The notes beneath the pieces are model-generated. The model worked only from the letters and a program-made list of their open reading frames with translations, was not told where the DNA came from and did not search any database. A DNA stretch of 64,000 nt from an uncultured Bacilli bacterium (GTDB lineage: Bacteria; Bacillota_I; Bacilli_A; RF39; UBA660): the NCBI GenBank assembly GCA_910584165.1, contig CAJTZU010000003.1, positions 126,576-190,575 on the forward strand, in the 5' to 3' direction. Below are positions 19,813-29,353 of the stretch, piece by piece (position 1 is the first letter of the stretch; the number at the start of each line of letters is the position of its first letter). The translations under genes were made by a program, and so were the position numbers.

Positions 19813-20958
19813 ATGGAGAAAGAAAATTGTGTTTTAGAAAAAAAAGAAGTTCCAAATAAAAAGAAAAATACGAGAAAAACAATTGTTTTTGGAATTGTTT
19901 TTGTATTTGCCATTTTATTTGTTATTCTACTAATAATGATGATGAATGATTCTAAAAAAGAAAATGGAAATTCTTCTAATAGTAATGTAGAGGTAGAGAA
20001 TTATTATCATTATGATTATGAATATGTATTACAAACATTTTTTGGACAAGATTGCTATATTTATTTATTAAAAGATGGCAATGTAAAAATAGTATTTAAA
20101 ACACCTATATATGAAAGTTGTGAAGAAAAAAATTGCTTTAATCCAACAGGAAAATTTGAATATTCTGAAGAAACTCTTTCTTTTTCAGAAAAGTCTATGG
20201 ATAAAGTAAGAGATTTTATTACTTCGTTCTTTGATAAGAAGTTAACTAATTATGTCAATCTTGAAAAATTAGATTTAACTTTAGAACAGAAAAGAATGGA
20301 ACTTGCTATTCTATTAAATAGTGAAGATGATATTACTTTTGAGGAAGATTTGATTTTTGAAACAAAAACAAATCAAGTTAAAAATAGCGCTGGAAAAGTA
20401 ATTTTTGAAAATGAAAAAACAACTATTATGGCAAGCGATAACAAAATTGTTGCATCAATTGGTCAATATTTGAATGCCATTGTAGATACAGAATGGCAAA
20501 GAATGAATAATGCTTATTTAGAAAATATGAGAAAGGGAATCATAAAAGATAAATTGGAATCTTTAGCGGTTGGGTTAAAGTTCGAAGAATTAGGTGTATA
20601 TTCTTATTCTTTTAGTTATGCTATGCAAGGTTCTGTTGGTGGAGCTCCTTTAAAAGATATAAAGGGATATGTATTTTCATCCACAGGAGAAATTATGGAA
20701 TTCCCAAATGGCGATAAAAAAAGCATTCATGAATCTGCTATAGAAGAATTTAAAAAAAGTAAAGAATATAAAGAAATGAAAGAAAACTTAAAGGGAAATT
20801 GGGAAGACCTTTTAAATGAAAACATGTTTCAAACAGGATATTGGTATTTTAAAGATAAGAAAATTATCTTTGTAATACCAGAAAAATTATTATCCAATAA
20901 CGAGATGAGTTCTAATATTTTAAGAATAGAAGTAGATAATTCAGATATAGATTTTTAA
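19813..20958 (+). CDS. Hypothetical membrane-anchored (N-terminal TM) extracytoplasmic protein.
   Basis: Single N-terminal TM, then a 330-aa hydrophilic domain. No recognisable family. Confidence 0.5.
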   Translation: MEKENCVLEKKEVPNKKKNTRKTIVFGIVFVFAILFVILLIMMMNDSKKENGNSSNSNVEVENYYHYDYEYVLQTFFGQDCYIYLLKDGNVKIVFKTPIYESCEEKNCFNPTGKFEYSEETLSFSEKSMDKVRDFITSFFDKKLTNYVNLEKLDLTLEQKRMELAILLNSEDDITFEEDLIFETKTNQVKNSAGKVIFENEKTTIMASDNKIVASIGQYLNAIVDTEWQRMNNAYLENMRKGIIKDKLESLAVGLKFEELGVYSYSFSYAMQGSVGGAPLKDIKGYVFSSTGEIMEFPNGDKKSIHESAIEEFKKSKEYKEMKENLKGNWEDLLNENMFQTGYWYFKDKKIIFVIPEKLLSNNEMSSNILRIEVDNSDIDF

Positions 20959-20987
20959 AAAGAAAAAAGTATGCTTTGCATACTTTT

Positions 20988-22169
20988 TTAATGATGGTTA
21001 TTATGATGACCATAATTTGTGTTATTGTGATGATTGCTAGGATAGTAGTTATTGTTTGTATTCGTATGATGATATTCTTCATGATGATTATCTTTGTAAC
21101 AATCATTTCTAGTACAAGGTGGTTCTACATAGCCATTATTGGTATTTTCATTTTGATTTGTATTGATACTAGGAGTAGTAGTATTTATATTAGTTGAATT
21201 GAGATTAGAACTACTAGATGTATTTTGATTTTGATATCTAGGATGATTAGAAGTACAGCTAGGAAGATGAGTAGATAATTTTTTCCTTTTATGGGTATGA
21301 GAAATATTATTATCTGTTACATTAAAATAATGATGATTATGATTAGTACTGTTCCATGTTAAATCTACATTATAATATTCTCCATCTATGAAAACAAGAT
21401 TCCAGGCATGATCTTGAGATGAGTACCCAGAAACATAATAAGTAGGAATACCAAGGTTTATCATAATATATTGGAAAGCTCTAGCATATCCTGCACATAC
21501 CGTTTCTCCAGTTACCAAAGCACTATATGCACTTTGATTGAATTTTGCATTTAAATTGTATTTAGCAAGTTTTAGAATTTCATCGTGAACATATAATTCT
21601 TTCTCATATTCACTAGATAATTTTCTAGCCTCATTTAAAATTTTATTGGTTACTGTATCAAACTCCTTTTTTGAAGTAGCAAAATCATTAACAGTTTCAT
21701 TAAATTCTAAGGTAATTTGTACAACAATATTGTTTTCTGTATATTTGTAAGAATAAATAGTATTAATCCAAAAGAATTCAGGATGATCATTAAAGACAGC
21801 CTCCATTACCTTTTGAACTTCTTCTGTTGTAATATTAAGAGTTGGAACAAAAGTAGTCTTTAGTTCTTTCATGTTGGCATAGACTTGTTTATATAAAACT
21901 TGTCCTTCTATAGAAAGCATATCAAAATAAGGATAGAATTTTGTATCAAATGTATATTCACTACCAGTAATACCAGAATCTTCTAAATCAGCTAAATCAT
22001 TTTCATCTATTAGAAATCCATTAGAATAATCAAATTCACCAAGTTTAGATAGATGCGTTTCTGCATTATTAAAAAATTGGATAACTTTATCAGAATTTTC
22101 TACTGCTAAAAAGAGTATGATAATCATCATTAAAACATGAATAAATTTTGCTTTTTTCACAATTTTCAC
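20988..22169 (-). CDS. Secreted transglutaminase-like (Cys-His-Asp) protein with a C-terminal Asn/Thr/His-rich low-complexity tail.
   Basis: Signal peptide. Core C(AGYARAF)...H(DHAWNLVFIDGEYYNVDLTW) is typical of the transglutaminase-like cysteine peptidase fold. The last 90 aa are about 25% His plus 30% Asn/Thr. Confidence 0.6.
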   Translation of the reverse strand: MKIVKKAKFIHVLMMIIILFLAVENSDKVIQFFNNAETHLSKLGEFDYSNGFLIDENDLADLEDSGITGSEYTFDTKFYPYFDMLSIEGQVLYKQVYANMKELKTTFVPTLNITTEEVQKVMEAVFNDHPEFFWINTIYSYKYTENNIVVQITLEFNETVNDFATSKKEFDTVTNKILNEARKLSSEYEKELYVHDEILKLAKYNLNAKFNQSAYSALVTGETVCAGYARAFQYIMINLGIPTYYVSGYSSQDHAWNLVFIDGEYYNVDLTWNSTNHNHHYFNVTDNNISHTHKRKKLSTHLPSCTSNHPRYQNQNTSSSSNLNSTNINTTTPSINTNQNENTNNGYVEPPCTRNDCYKDNHHEEYHHTNTNNNYYPSNHHNNTNYGHHNNHH

Positions 22170-22318
22170 TTCCTTTTTACTATCATTTATTATATCATAA
22201 ATTTATGGAAAATATTCTAGATTTATGATAATGTTAATGTTAGTTGACAAATTTCCAACTAAAAAAGATAGAAAGCAACTATTTAATTTTGTATAATTTT
22301 TTTGTGAGGTGAAAGAAA

Positions 22319-22960
22319 ATGAGTATAGGTAAAAAACTTTATGAATTAAGAAAACAGAAAGGTCTTTCTCAAGAGGAAGTAGCAGATAAATTAAATGTAT
22401 CTAGACAGACAGTTTCTAAATGGGAAACAGATCAAAGTATGCCAGACTTTGATAAGATTGTTCCCATCTGTGAACTTTATTCTATTACAGCAGACGAATT
22501 GTTAATGGGAATAAAAAAAGAAAGCGAACAAGAAAGTGAATCAGCTTTGGATTCTAGGAAAGAAAAAGAAAAGGGAAAAAGAGCATTTGGAATAGGAATG
22601 GGAGTTTTAATTTACTTTTTAGCAGTTGTATGGGTTATGATTACAATTCCTGTTATGAGAATGAATCCAATTGTTTCTTCTGCAATTTTCCTATTAATTT
22701 GCGGAGTTGCTACATTCATTACTATTTATACTTGTATGGTATATAAGGCACCAAAAGAGAAAAAAGAAGAAGACCCAACAAAAAAATTAGTAAGACAAGT
22801 TAATGATATTATTGCAATGGTATTTGTAGTGATTTATTTAGCTGTTAGTTTTATCACCATGGCTTGGCATATTACATGGATTTTATGGTGTGTTTATGCT
22901 TGTATTGAGGAAATCGTAAAATTAATATTTATGTTAAGGAGTGATAAAAATGAAAAGTAA
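22319..22960 (+). CDS. XRE-family HTH regulator fused to a multi-TM membrane domain.
   Basis: N-terminal LYELRKQKGLSQEEVADKLNVSRQTVSKWE. Three predicted TM helices follow. Confidence 0.75.
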   Translation: MSIGKKLYELRKQKGLSQEEVADKLNVSRQTVSKWETDQSMPDFDKIVPICELYSITADELLMGIKKESEQESESALDSRKEKEKGKRAFGIGMGVLIYFLAVVWVMITIPVMRMNPIVSSAIFLLICGVATFITIYTCMVYKAPKEKKEEDPTKKLVRQVNDIIAMVFVVIYLAVSFITMAWHITWILWCVYACIEEIVKLIFMLRSDKNEK

Positions 22961-23834
22961 AGGTTGGATTATTGCTCTTATTACTTTTTTATCTGTTTTA
23001 GCAATTGCTTTAGTTGTACTAATGATAGTACTTTTAAATGGTGGATTTAAAAATTTGAATTTCATTATGTTTGCAAGTATTAGTAAAAATGTTGCAGTTG
23101 ATGAAGTATACGAAGAAAATTTTAGAATGATTGAAATTGATGCAGATGCTAGTGAAATAGAATTTTATTCTACAGAAGAAGACAAAGTAAGATTAGTAAT
23201 TCATGGGGAAGAAAAGGATATCTCTGTTACGACTAGAGGAGAAAGATTATCGATTACGTCTAACATGCAATGTAACTTTATTTGTTTCAATCAAAATAGA
23301 AGTAAAATAGAAGTTTATCTTCCGAAAGATTATGAAGGTAAAATCAAAGTAGAAAATGATTATGGAAATGTTACTATAGGGTCATTTGAAAATGCGGAAA
23401 TTGCTGTAGAAAATGATTGTGGAGATATTAACGTAGAAGCAGGAAATATCGTAAAATTAGAAAATGATTTAGGAGATATCGAATTAGGATTTGCAAGTAA
23501 TGCTGAAATCAAACAAAACTGTGGTAAGATTGAAGTAGGAGAAGTAGGAGATATTAAAGCAGAAAATGATTTAGGGGATATCAAAATTGAAAAGGTAACC
23601 AATTCTCTTCAAATTAAAGATGACTGTGGAGATATTGTGATTGATGACATTACAATTACGAAAAATTCTTCTATTACTAATGATTTAGGAAAAATTAAAA
23701 TAGGATTTACGAATGATATTTATATCGATGCCGAAACCGATTTAGGAAAAGTAAAAATTAATGAGAATACAAGAGATGCTTCCATTACTTTGAAATTACA
23801 AAATAGTTGTGGAGATATTATTGTTGATAATTAG
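22941..23834 (+). CDS. DUF4097-family (putative adhesin, beta-helical repeat) membrane-anchored protein.
   Basis: N-terminal TM, then repeated NDxGDI(K/E)IE and DCGDI blocks characteristic of DUF4097. Overlaps and is coupled to the upstream HTH-membrane gene. Confidence 0.7.
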   Translation: MIKMKSKGWIIALITFLSVLAIALVVLMIVLLNGGFKNLNFIMFASISKNVAVDEVYEENFRMIEIDADASEIEFYSTEEDKVRLVIHGEEKDISVTTRGERLSITSNMQCNFICFNQNRSKIEVYLPKDYEGKIKVENDYGNVTIGSFENAEIAVENDCGDINVEAGNIVKLENDLGDIELGFASNAEIKQNCGKIEVGEVGDIKAENDLGDIKIEKVTNSLQIKDDCGDIVIDDITITKNSSITNDLGKIKIGFTNDIYIDAETDLGKVKINENTRDASITLKLQNSCGDIIVDN

Positions 23835-23862
23835 AATAGATTGATTTCTATTCTTTTATTTT
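23833..23862 (+). terminator. Rho-independent terminator.
   Basis: Stem AGAATAGA/TCTATTCT with loop TTGATT, then TTTATTTT. Confidence 0.6.
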
Positions 23863-23895
23863 ATGATATAATAATGGGTAATAAAGGAGGTACTT

Positions 23896-25233
23896 ATGCG
23901 TAATTTATTTGAGGAAGAAGAATCAGTAGTAGAATTTAAGCCTCTTGCAGATAAAATGAGACCAAAGACATTAGAAGATTTTTTTGGTCAGGAAGAAGTA
24001 GTAGGGAAAGATTCTCCTATTAAACAGATGATTGAAACAGATAATATTACCTCTATGATATTTTGGGGACCTCCTGGAGTAGGAAAAACAACATTAGCTA
24101 AAATTATTGCTAGTAGTACCAATTCTGCCTTTTATGAATTAAGTGCGGTAACATCTGGTGTAAGAGAGATTAAAGAATTAATTGAACTTGCTAAATATAA
24201 TAAAAGTAATGGGAAAAGAACTATTGTATTTGTAGATGAAATTCATAGATTTAATAAGGCACAACAAGATGCTTTTCTACCACATGTAGAAAGTGGCAAT
24301 ATTATTTTAATTGGTGCTACTACTGAAAATCCATCCTTTGAGGTGAATTCCGCCTTACTATCAAGAAGTAAAGTCTATGTATTAAAAAGTCTAAGTGAAG
24401 AAAATATTGTAGGAATTTTAAAACGAGCTCTTTTAAAAAATGATAGTTATCAAAATGTAGAAATGAAAGAGGATTGTTTTTCCATTATTGCTAAAATGAG
24501 TAATGGAGATGCAAGAACTGCCCTTAATACTTTAGAAAATATTATTAATATTGCTCCATTGAAAAAGAATAAGAAAGAAATTACTAAAGAAGTCTTACAA
24601 AAGGTCTTACAAAATAAAATGTTTTTATATGATAAAAAGGGAGAGGAGCATTATAACTTAATTTCGGCTTTACATAAATCTATGCGAAATAGTGACCCAG
24701 ATGCAGCTATCTATTATTTAGCACGTATGCTAGAAGCAGGAGAAGACCCTCTTTATATTGCTAGAAGACTTATTCGTTTTGCATCAGAAGATGTAGGTAT
24801 TGCTAATCCTAATGCTTTAGTACAAGCAACGGCTGTTTATCAAGCCTGTCATTATTTAGGAATGCCAGAATGTAACGTTAATTTAGCGCAAGCGGTAGTT
24901 TATTTAAGCATTTGCCCTAAATCGAATTCTTTATATAAAGCTTATGGCATGGTAAAAGAAGATGCTATTAAAACGGCTAATGAAAAAGTGCCCCTACACC
25001 TTAGAAATGCTGTTACGAAACTAGATAAAGAATTAGGGTATGGGGAAGGATATGAATATGCCCATGAATATAAAGATAAAATTACTTCAATGGACTGTTT
25101 ACCGGAATCTTTAAAAGGAAAAAAATATTATTATCCAACAGATATTGGAAATGAAAAAGCAGCTAAGGAAACCTTAAAGAGAATAGAAGAATTAAAAAAG
25201 AAAAGGAAGGGTAAAGATGAAAATAAAATATGA
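23896..25233 (+). CDS. rarA: Replication-associated recombination protein A (AAA+ ATPase, MgsA/RarA).
   Basis: [12 protein letters not shown]...[18 protein letters not shown] (Walker A), [12 protein letters not shown] (Walker B/sensor), C-terminal MgsA helical domain. Confidence 0.9.
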   Translation: MRNLFEEEESVVEFKPLADKMRPKTLEDFFGQEEVVGKDSPIKQMIETDNITSMIFWGPPGVGKTTLAKIIASSTNSAFYELSAVTSGVREIKELIELAKYNKSNGKRTIVFVDEIHRFNKAQQDAFLPHVESGNIILIGATTENPSFEVNSALLSRSKVYVLKSLSEENIVGILKRALLKNDSYQNVEMKEDCFSIIAKMSNGDARTALNTLENIINIAPLKKNKKEITKEVLQKVLQNKMFLYDKKGEEHYNLISALHKSMRNSDPDAAIYYLARMLEAGEDPLYIARRLIRFASEDVGIANPNALVQATAVYQACHYLGMPECNVNLAQAVVYLSICPKSNSLYKAYGMVKEDAIKTANEKVPLHLRNAVTKLDKELGYGEGYEYAHEYKDKITSMDCLPESLKGKKYYYPTDIGNEKAAKETLKRIEELKKKRKGKDENKI

Positions 25234-25765
25234 TATGAGTAAAAACTATTGGAATACTCATAATGAGGCACAGGCAATTGTGATGATGAGGAAGAAATTA
25301 CTAAGAAATAAAAATGCAAGAATTGGAAATATTTTTCGGTCTGGAATTTTTTATGGAATAGGAATTTTAATTGTTTCCATTTTCTATTTTGTTTGTAAAG
25401 AAATAGGAGTAGAAGAATTATTTTTAAATGTAATATCTGATTTATTACTATTTTTAATTCTTTTTCTTGCCCTTTATTTCATTCTTATTTTTGCTACTTA
25501 TTTTATTAATTATAAAAGCTCTACTCATAAAGGTATATTAAAAATAGATGAAAAAGGTTTAGAGGATAAAGACGAAAATGGAAAAGTAACATCTATGCCA
25601 TGGGAAAATATTTTACTTGTAGTAGTAGGAAAATACACAGTAACTTTTGTAACCAATACAAAGAAAGTAATTTTCGTGAATATTGGAAATAAAAAGGACA
25701 TTTTAAAGGCTTTACAAACTTATCAAGCAGACCTCTTAGTAATAAATCAATCAAAGGAAAAGTAA
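25217..25765 (+). CDS. Hypothetical membrane protein (YcxB-like topology).
   Basis: Two TM hairpins. Overlaps the rarA stop. Confidence 0.45.
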   Translation: MKIKYDMSKNYWNTHNEAQAIVMMRKKLLRNKNARIGNIFRSGIFYGIGILIVSIFYFVCKEIGVEELFLNVISDLLLFLILFLALYFILIFATYFINYKSSTHKGILKIDEKGLEDKDENGKVTSMPWENILLVVVGKYTVTFVTNTKKVIFVNIGNKKDILKALQTYQADLLVINQSKEK

Positions 25766-26034
25766 TGGAATTTTTATTGGAATTTATTTTAGAACTTTTT
25801 CTAGAAGGGAGTATGGAAATTAGTTCTAATAAAAAGATTAGTAAATGGATTCGTTATCCATTAATGGCTTTTATTCTTTTCTTTTTCTTAACAGTTATAG
25901 GACTTATTTTCTTTGCTGGAATTCTTACTTTTTCTGATAATAAATTGTTATCTATTTTATTACTTCTTTGTGGTATGATTATGCTGATTGGGACGATTAT
26001 AAAGTTTAGAAATTTGTATTTAAAAAGGAAATAG
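25765..26034 (+). CDS. Small hypothetical membrane protein.
   Basis: 89 aa, two TM segments, ATGA overlap with the upstream gene. Confidence 0.4.
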   Translation: MEFLLEFILELFLEGSMEISSNKKISKWIRYPLMAFILFFFLTVIGLIFFAGILTFSDNKLLSILLLLCGMIMLIGTIIKFRNLYLKRK

Positions 26035-26035
26035 A

Positions 26036-26070
26036 GTTGTGTTTTTTACACAATTCTTTTTTTATTATTG
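26036..26070 (+). terminator. Probable terminator.
   Basis: Imperfect 9-bp stem GAGTTGTGT/ACACAATTC with loop TTTTT, then T-run. Confidence 0.5.
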
Positions 26071-26107
26071 ACAAATGTTATATACTGTTATATATTAAAT
26101 ATAACAG
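26068..26107 (+). promoter_or_regulatory. Sigma-A type promoter (TTGACA, 17-nt spacer, TATATT) overlapped by a perfect 9-bp inverted repeat, probably the GntR operator.
   Basis: TTGACA 26068-26073. TATATT 26091-26096. Inverted repeat CTGTTATAT(26085-26093)-ATTAA-ATATAACAG(26099-26107). Direct repeat TGTTATATA x2. Confidence 0.5.
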
Positions 26108-26120
26108 TTAGGGGTGATGT

Positions 26121-26504
26121 ATGAAAATAATCATTAGTAACAATAGTAGTGTACCAATCTATGAACAGATAAAAAACACTATTAAGAATCAGATTTTATC
26201 AGGAGAATTAGAAAGTGATACCATGCTTCCTTCCATTCGGGCGCTTGCGCAGGATATTCGTATTAGTGTGATGACAATTAAAAAGGCGTACGATGAATTA
26301 GAAGCAGAAGGGTATATCGTTACCAGACAGGGAAAAGGTTCTTTTGTAACTCCTACTAATCTAGAATTTAAAAAGGAACAAAAACAGAGAGAGATAGAAG
26401 AATATATTACAAAAATAATAGAAATAGCAGATCAGTATCAAATTACCAAAAAAGAGATATTAGAATTATTTAATTTTTTATATGAGAGGGATGAAAACGA
26501 ATGA
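26121..26504 (+). CDS. GntR-family (YtrA-like) transcriptional regulator.
   Basis: Winged HTH: YEQIKNTIKNQILSGELESDTMLPSIRALAQDIRISVMTIKKAYDELEAEGYIVTRQGKGSFV. Confidence 0.85.
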   Translation: MKIIISNNSSVPIYEQIKNTIKNQILSGELESDTMLPSIRALAQDIRISVMTIKKAYDELEAEGYIVTRQGKGSFVTPTNLEFKKEQKQREIEEYITKIIEIADQYQITKKEILELFNFLYERDENE

Positions 26505-27355
26505 AAGCAATAGAAATTCATGATTTAGTAAAAAAATATGACAGATTTGAATTGGGTAATATCGATTTAGAAATACCAAGTGGTATTATCGTAGGTCTTA
26601 TAGGAGAAAACGGAGCAGGAAAAACAACTCTTATTAAATCTATTTTAGGGATTATTAAAGCGGATAAAGGAGATATTCAAATATTTGACAAAGACTACCG
26701 AAAATATGAAAAGGAAATTAAGGAAGATATAGGGGTTGTTTTAGATAATATGTTTTTTCCTGAAATATTAAAGGTAAAAGATATTAATCCTATTATGAGT
26801 TCTGCTTATAAAAATTGGGATAGTAAACTTTATTTTCAATATTTAAAAGAATTTGATATTCCAAGTTCGCAACAAATTAAAAAATTATCTAAAGGAATGA
26901 GAAAGAAATTAGAAATTATAACTGCCTTATCTCATCATCCTAAATTACTTATTTTAGATGAACCAACTAGTGGCTTAGATCCTGTTGTAAGAAGTGAAGT
27001 ACTAGATTTATTTTTAAATTTTATTCAGGATGAGGAACATACAATTCTTCTTTCTACTCATATTACTAGCGATTTAGAACATATCGCAGACCATATAGTA
27101 TTTATCGATGAAGGAAAAAAAGTACTAGATAAAAGTCGCGAAGAAGTATTAGAGTATTATGGAATCTTAAAATGTTCAAAAGAAGAATTAGAAAAAATAG
27201 AGAAAACTGATATTCTTGCTGTTAAAAAGAATCGTTATGACTGTGAAGTATTAGTTTCTGATATTACGAATATGAAGAAAAAGTATAAAGATTATGTAAT
27301 TGATAAAATTACCTTAGAAGAATTAATGGTACTTATGATAAAGGGGGAAAAGTAA
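26501..27355 (+). CDS. ABC transporter ATP-binding protein.
   Basis: Walker A GENGAGKTT, signature LSKGMRKK, Walker B ILDEPTSGLD. ATGA overlap with the GntR gene. Confidence 0.85.
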   Translation: MKAIEIHDLVKKYDRFELGNIDLEIPSGIIVGLIGENGAGKTTLIKSILGIIKADKGDIQIFDKDYRKYEKEIKEDIGVVLDNMFFPEILKVKDINPIMSSAYKNWDSKLYFQYLKEFDIPSSQQIKKLSKGMRKKLEIITALSHHPKLLILDEPTSGLDPVVRSEVLDLFLNFIQDEEHTILLSTHITSDLEHIADHIVFIDEGKKVLDKSREEVLEYYGILKCSKEELEKIEKTDILAVKKNRYDCEVLVSDITNMKKKYKDYVIDKITLEELMVLMIKGEK

Positions 27356-27356
27356 T

Positions 27357-27992
27357 ATGATGAGTTTTATTAAAAAAGACTTATTAGTCATTAAAGCTAA
27401 CTTAAAAACATTTCTGATTATTTTAGTATTTTATATTATAATGGGTCTTACTATGGAAGATGGATTTGATATGACTTTCTTGCTTCCATTTATTTCTGTT
27501 ATGCTATTTATTTCAACTTTTAGTTATGATGAATTTAATAATTGGAATGCCTATAGTGTAACACTTCCAGATGGTAGAAGAAATGCTGTAAGAGGAAAGT
27601 ATTTAGCGAGTTTCCTTATTCTTCTAATTACTTCTATTATTGCATTAATTAGTTCTATGGGAATTGGCGTATATAAAGAAACTTTTCGTTTAGAAGAAAC
27701 CTTAATTTCTTTATTTAGTGCTATTACAGCAATGGTATTTGTTTTATCCATTATGTATCCTATTATTTTTAAAATAGGAATTGAAAAGGGAAGAATTCTA
27801 GTAATGGGAATTATTTTTGGGTGGACCTTTTTAATAGCAACGCTTGGAAAACTTATTGGACCTAGTTTTCTTGCTGATGTAGGGACTTTTATAGACAACT
27901 GGTATTATATTGTGCTTCCTTTCTTTATTTGTATTACTATAGGAATTTCTTATCTAATTTCTATTCATATTTATTTAAAGAAAGAATTTTAA
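27357..27992 (+). CDS. ABC-2 family permease.
   Basis: Six hydrophobic segments. Immediately follows the ATPase. Confidence 0.6.
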   Translation: MMSFIKKDLLVIKANLKTFLIILVFYIIMGLTMEDGFDMTFLLPFISVMLFISTFSYDEFNNWNAYSVTLPDGRRNAVRGKYLASFLILLITSIIALISSMGIGVYKETFRLEETLISLFSAITAMVFVLSIMYPIIFKIGIEKGRILVMGIIFGWTFLIATLGKLIGPSFLADVGTFIDNWYYIVLPFFICITIGISYLISIHIYLKKEF

Positions 27993-28022
27993 GAAAGATG
28001 AGGAAATCTTTCTTTTTTTTGA
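27993..28022 (+). terminator. Rho-independent terminator.
   Basis: Stem AAGAAAGAT/ATCTTTCTT with loop GAGGAA, then T8. Confidence 0.7.
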
Positions 28023-28046
28023 TATAATGGTGATGAGGTTATACGT

Positions 28047-28874
28047 ATGGTTGTAAAAGAAATAGAAGTAAAAGATCTAGTTACGAAATCGAATTTACCC
28101 GTAAGTGATTATGTTATTAATCCTTATGTTGGTTGTCCCCATGGGTGCAAATACTGTTATGCCTCTTTTATGAAAAGATTTACGAATCATAAAGAAGATT
28201 GGGGAACTTTTATAGATATTAAAAGATGTTCTAAGAAATTAAGTAAAAAGAAGTTAGAACATAAACGTGTCTTTTTATCTTCTGTAACAGATTGTTATAA
28301 CTCTTATGAAAAAGAGTATGAACTAACAAGGGGTGTATTAGAACAATTAGTAGATATCGATTGTTACTTAAATATTTCTACAAAATCTAATTTGATTTTA
28401 AGAGATATTGACTTATTAAAGAAAATGAAACATTTAGAAGTTTCTATTTCTATTAATACATTAGATGAAAAGTTTAGGGGGGATATGGACAATGCTTCCT
28501 CTATTCAAGAAAGATTAGAAACATTACGAATATTACATGAAAACGGTATTTATACAGTGCTATTTATGTCACCTATATTTCCTTATATTACAGATTTTAA
28601 AAAGATAATAGAGGTAAGTAAAAACTATGTAGATAGGTATTGGTTTGAAAATTTAAATTTAAGAGGTAGTTATAAAAGTGATATTTTAAATTATATAGAG
28701 AATAACTATCCAGAATACTTAAACGATTATGAAGAAATTTACAAGAAAGGAAATAAAAAATACTTTGAAGGATTATCTTTAGAGATAGAAGAGTATTGTA
28801 AGAAAAATAAAGTTTGTTACAACAATTACTTTTATCATGAGAAGTTAGTGGCAGAGAAAGTAGGGAAAAAATGA
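28047..28874 (+). CDS. Radical SAM protein of the SplB (spore-photoproduct-lyase/DNA photolyase-like) family.
   Basis: NPYVGCPHGCKYCYA carries the CxxxCxxC radical-SAM cluster motif in the SplB-type context. About 275 aa. Confidence 0.7.
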   Translation: MVVKEIEVKDLVTKSNLPVSDYVINPYVGCPHGCKYCYASFMKRFTNHKEDWGTFIDIKRCSKKLSKKKLEHKRVFLSSVTDCYNSYEKEYELTRGVLEQLVDIDCYLNISTKSNLILRDIDLLKKMKHLEVSISINTLDEKFRGDMDNASSIQERLETLRILHENGIYTVLFMSPIFPYITDFKKIIEVSKNYVDRYWFENLNLRGSYKSDILNYIENNYPEYLNDYEEIYKKGNKKYFEGLSLEIEEYCKKNKVCYNNYFYHEKLVAEKVGKK

Positions 28875-29353
28875 AAAGATTAACAAGGAGATTTATTGTT
28901 AGAAGTTTGGATAGTCTTTCTATAAGCGAGCCAATTCGTTATGAAAGGTACTATATAAATGATAATTTACGTATTCAAAAAAAGAATGCTCTTTATGAAA
29001 AAGAAGTATTGAATGAAGATAATATTGTAACAGAGAAAATAGAAATATCGGAAACAGAATTTTTAAAATTAAAGATGGGTGCTACTAGTGAAATTGTAAG
29101 AGATAGTTATCTTTACTTAAAAGATAATAGAGTGTCTATTAAGAAATACTATGGACTTTATAAAGAACTTTATAGAGTAGAAGTAACTTTTTCTAGTGCA
29201 GAAGAAATGAATGATTATCAAAAAGAAGATTGGATGTTAGAAGAAATTACTAATTCTCCTCTTGCTTTTGATAAATATTTAAGGAATCTTTCACGAGAAG
29301 ATTTTAAAAAAGAATTAGAAAAGTATATAGATGTGTGGAATGACTATGAGTAA
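28871..29353 (+). CDS. Hypothetical protein, possibly CYTH-like.
   Basis: 160 aa, overlaps its neighbours by 4 and 23 nt. Only weak resemblance to triphosphate-tunnel (CYTH) proteins. Confidence 0.45.
   Translation: MKRLTRRFIVRSLDSLSISEPIRYERYYINDNLRIQKKNALYEKEVLNEDNIVTEKIEISETEFLKLKMGATSEIVRDSYLYLKDNRVSIKKYYGLYKELYRVEVTFSSAEEMNDYQKEDWMLEEITNSPLAFDKYLRNLSREDFKKELEKYIDVWNDYE

Noticed and set aside
20912-21197. ORFs 20976..21197 (+) and 20912..21106 (-), I/M/V/T-rich.
   Set aside because: Generated by the biased His/Asn/Thr-coding tail of the minus-strand transglutaminase-like gene. Homopolymeric translations, no RBS.
23360-23602. Minus-strand ORF inside the DUF4097 gene.
   Set aside because: Antisense of repeat DNA. 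SP-rich artefact.
25131-25319. Minus-strand ORF across the rarA end.
   Set aside because: Antisense shadow.
27551-27898. Minus-strand 115-aa ORF inside the ABC-2 permease gene.
   Set aside because: Antisense. The permease frame has consistent TM periodicity and is coupled to the ATPase gene.
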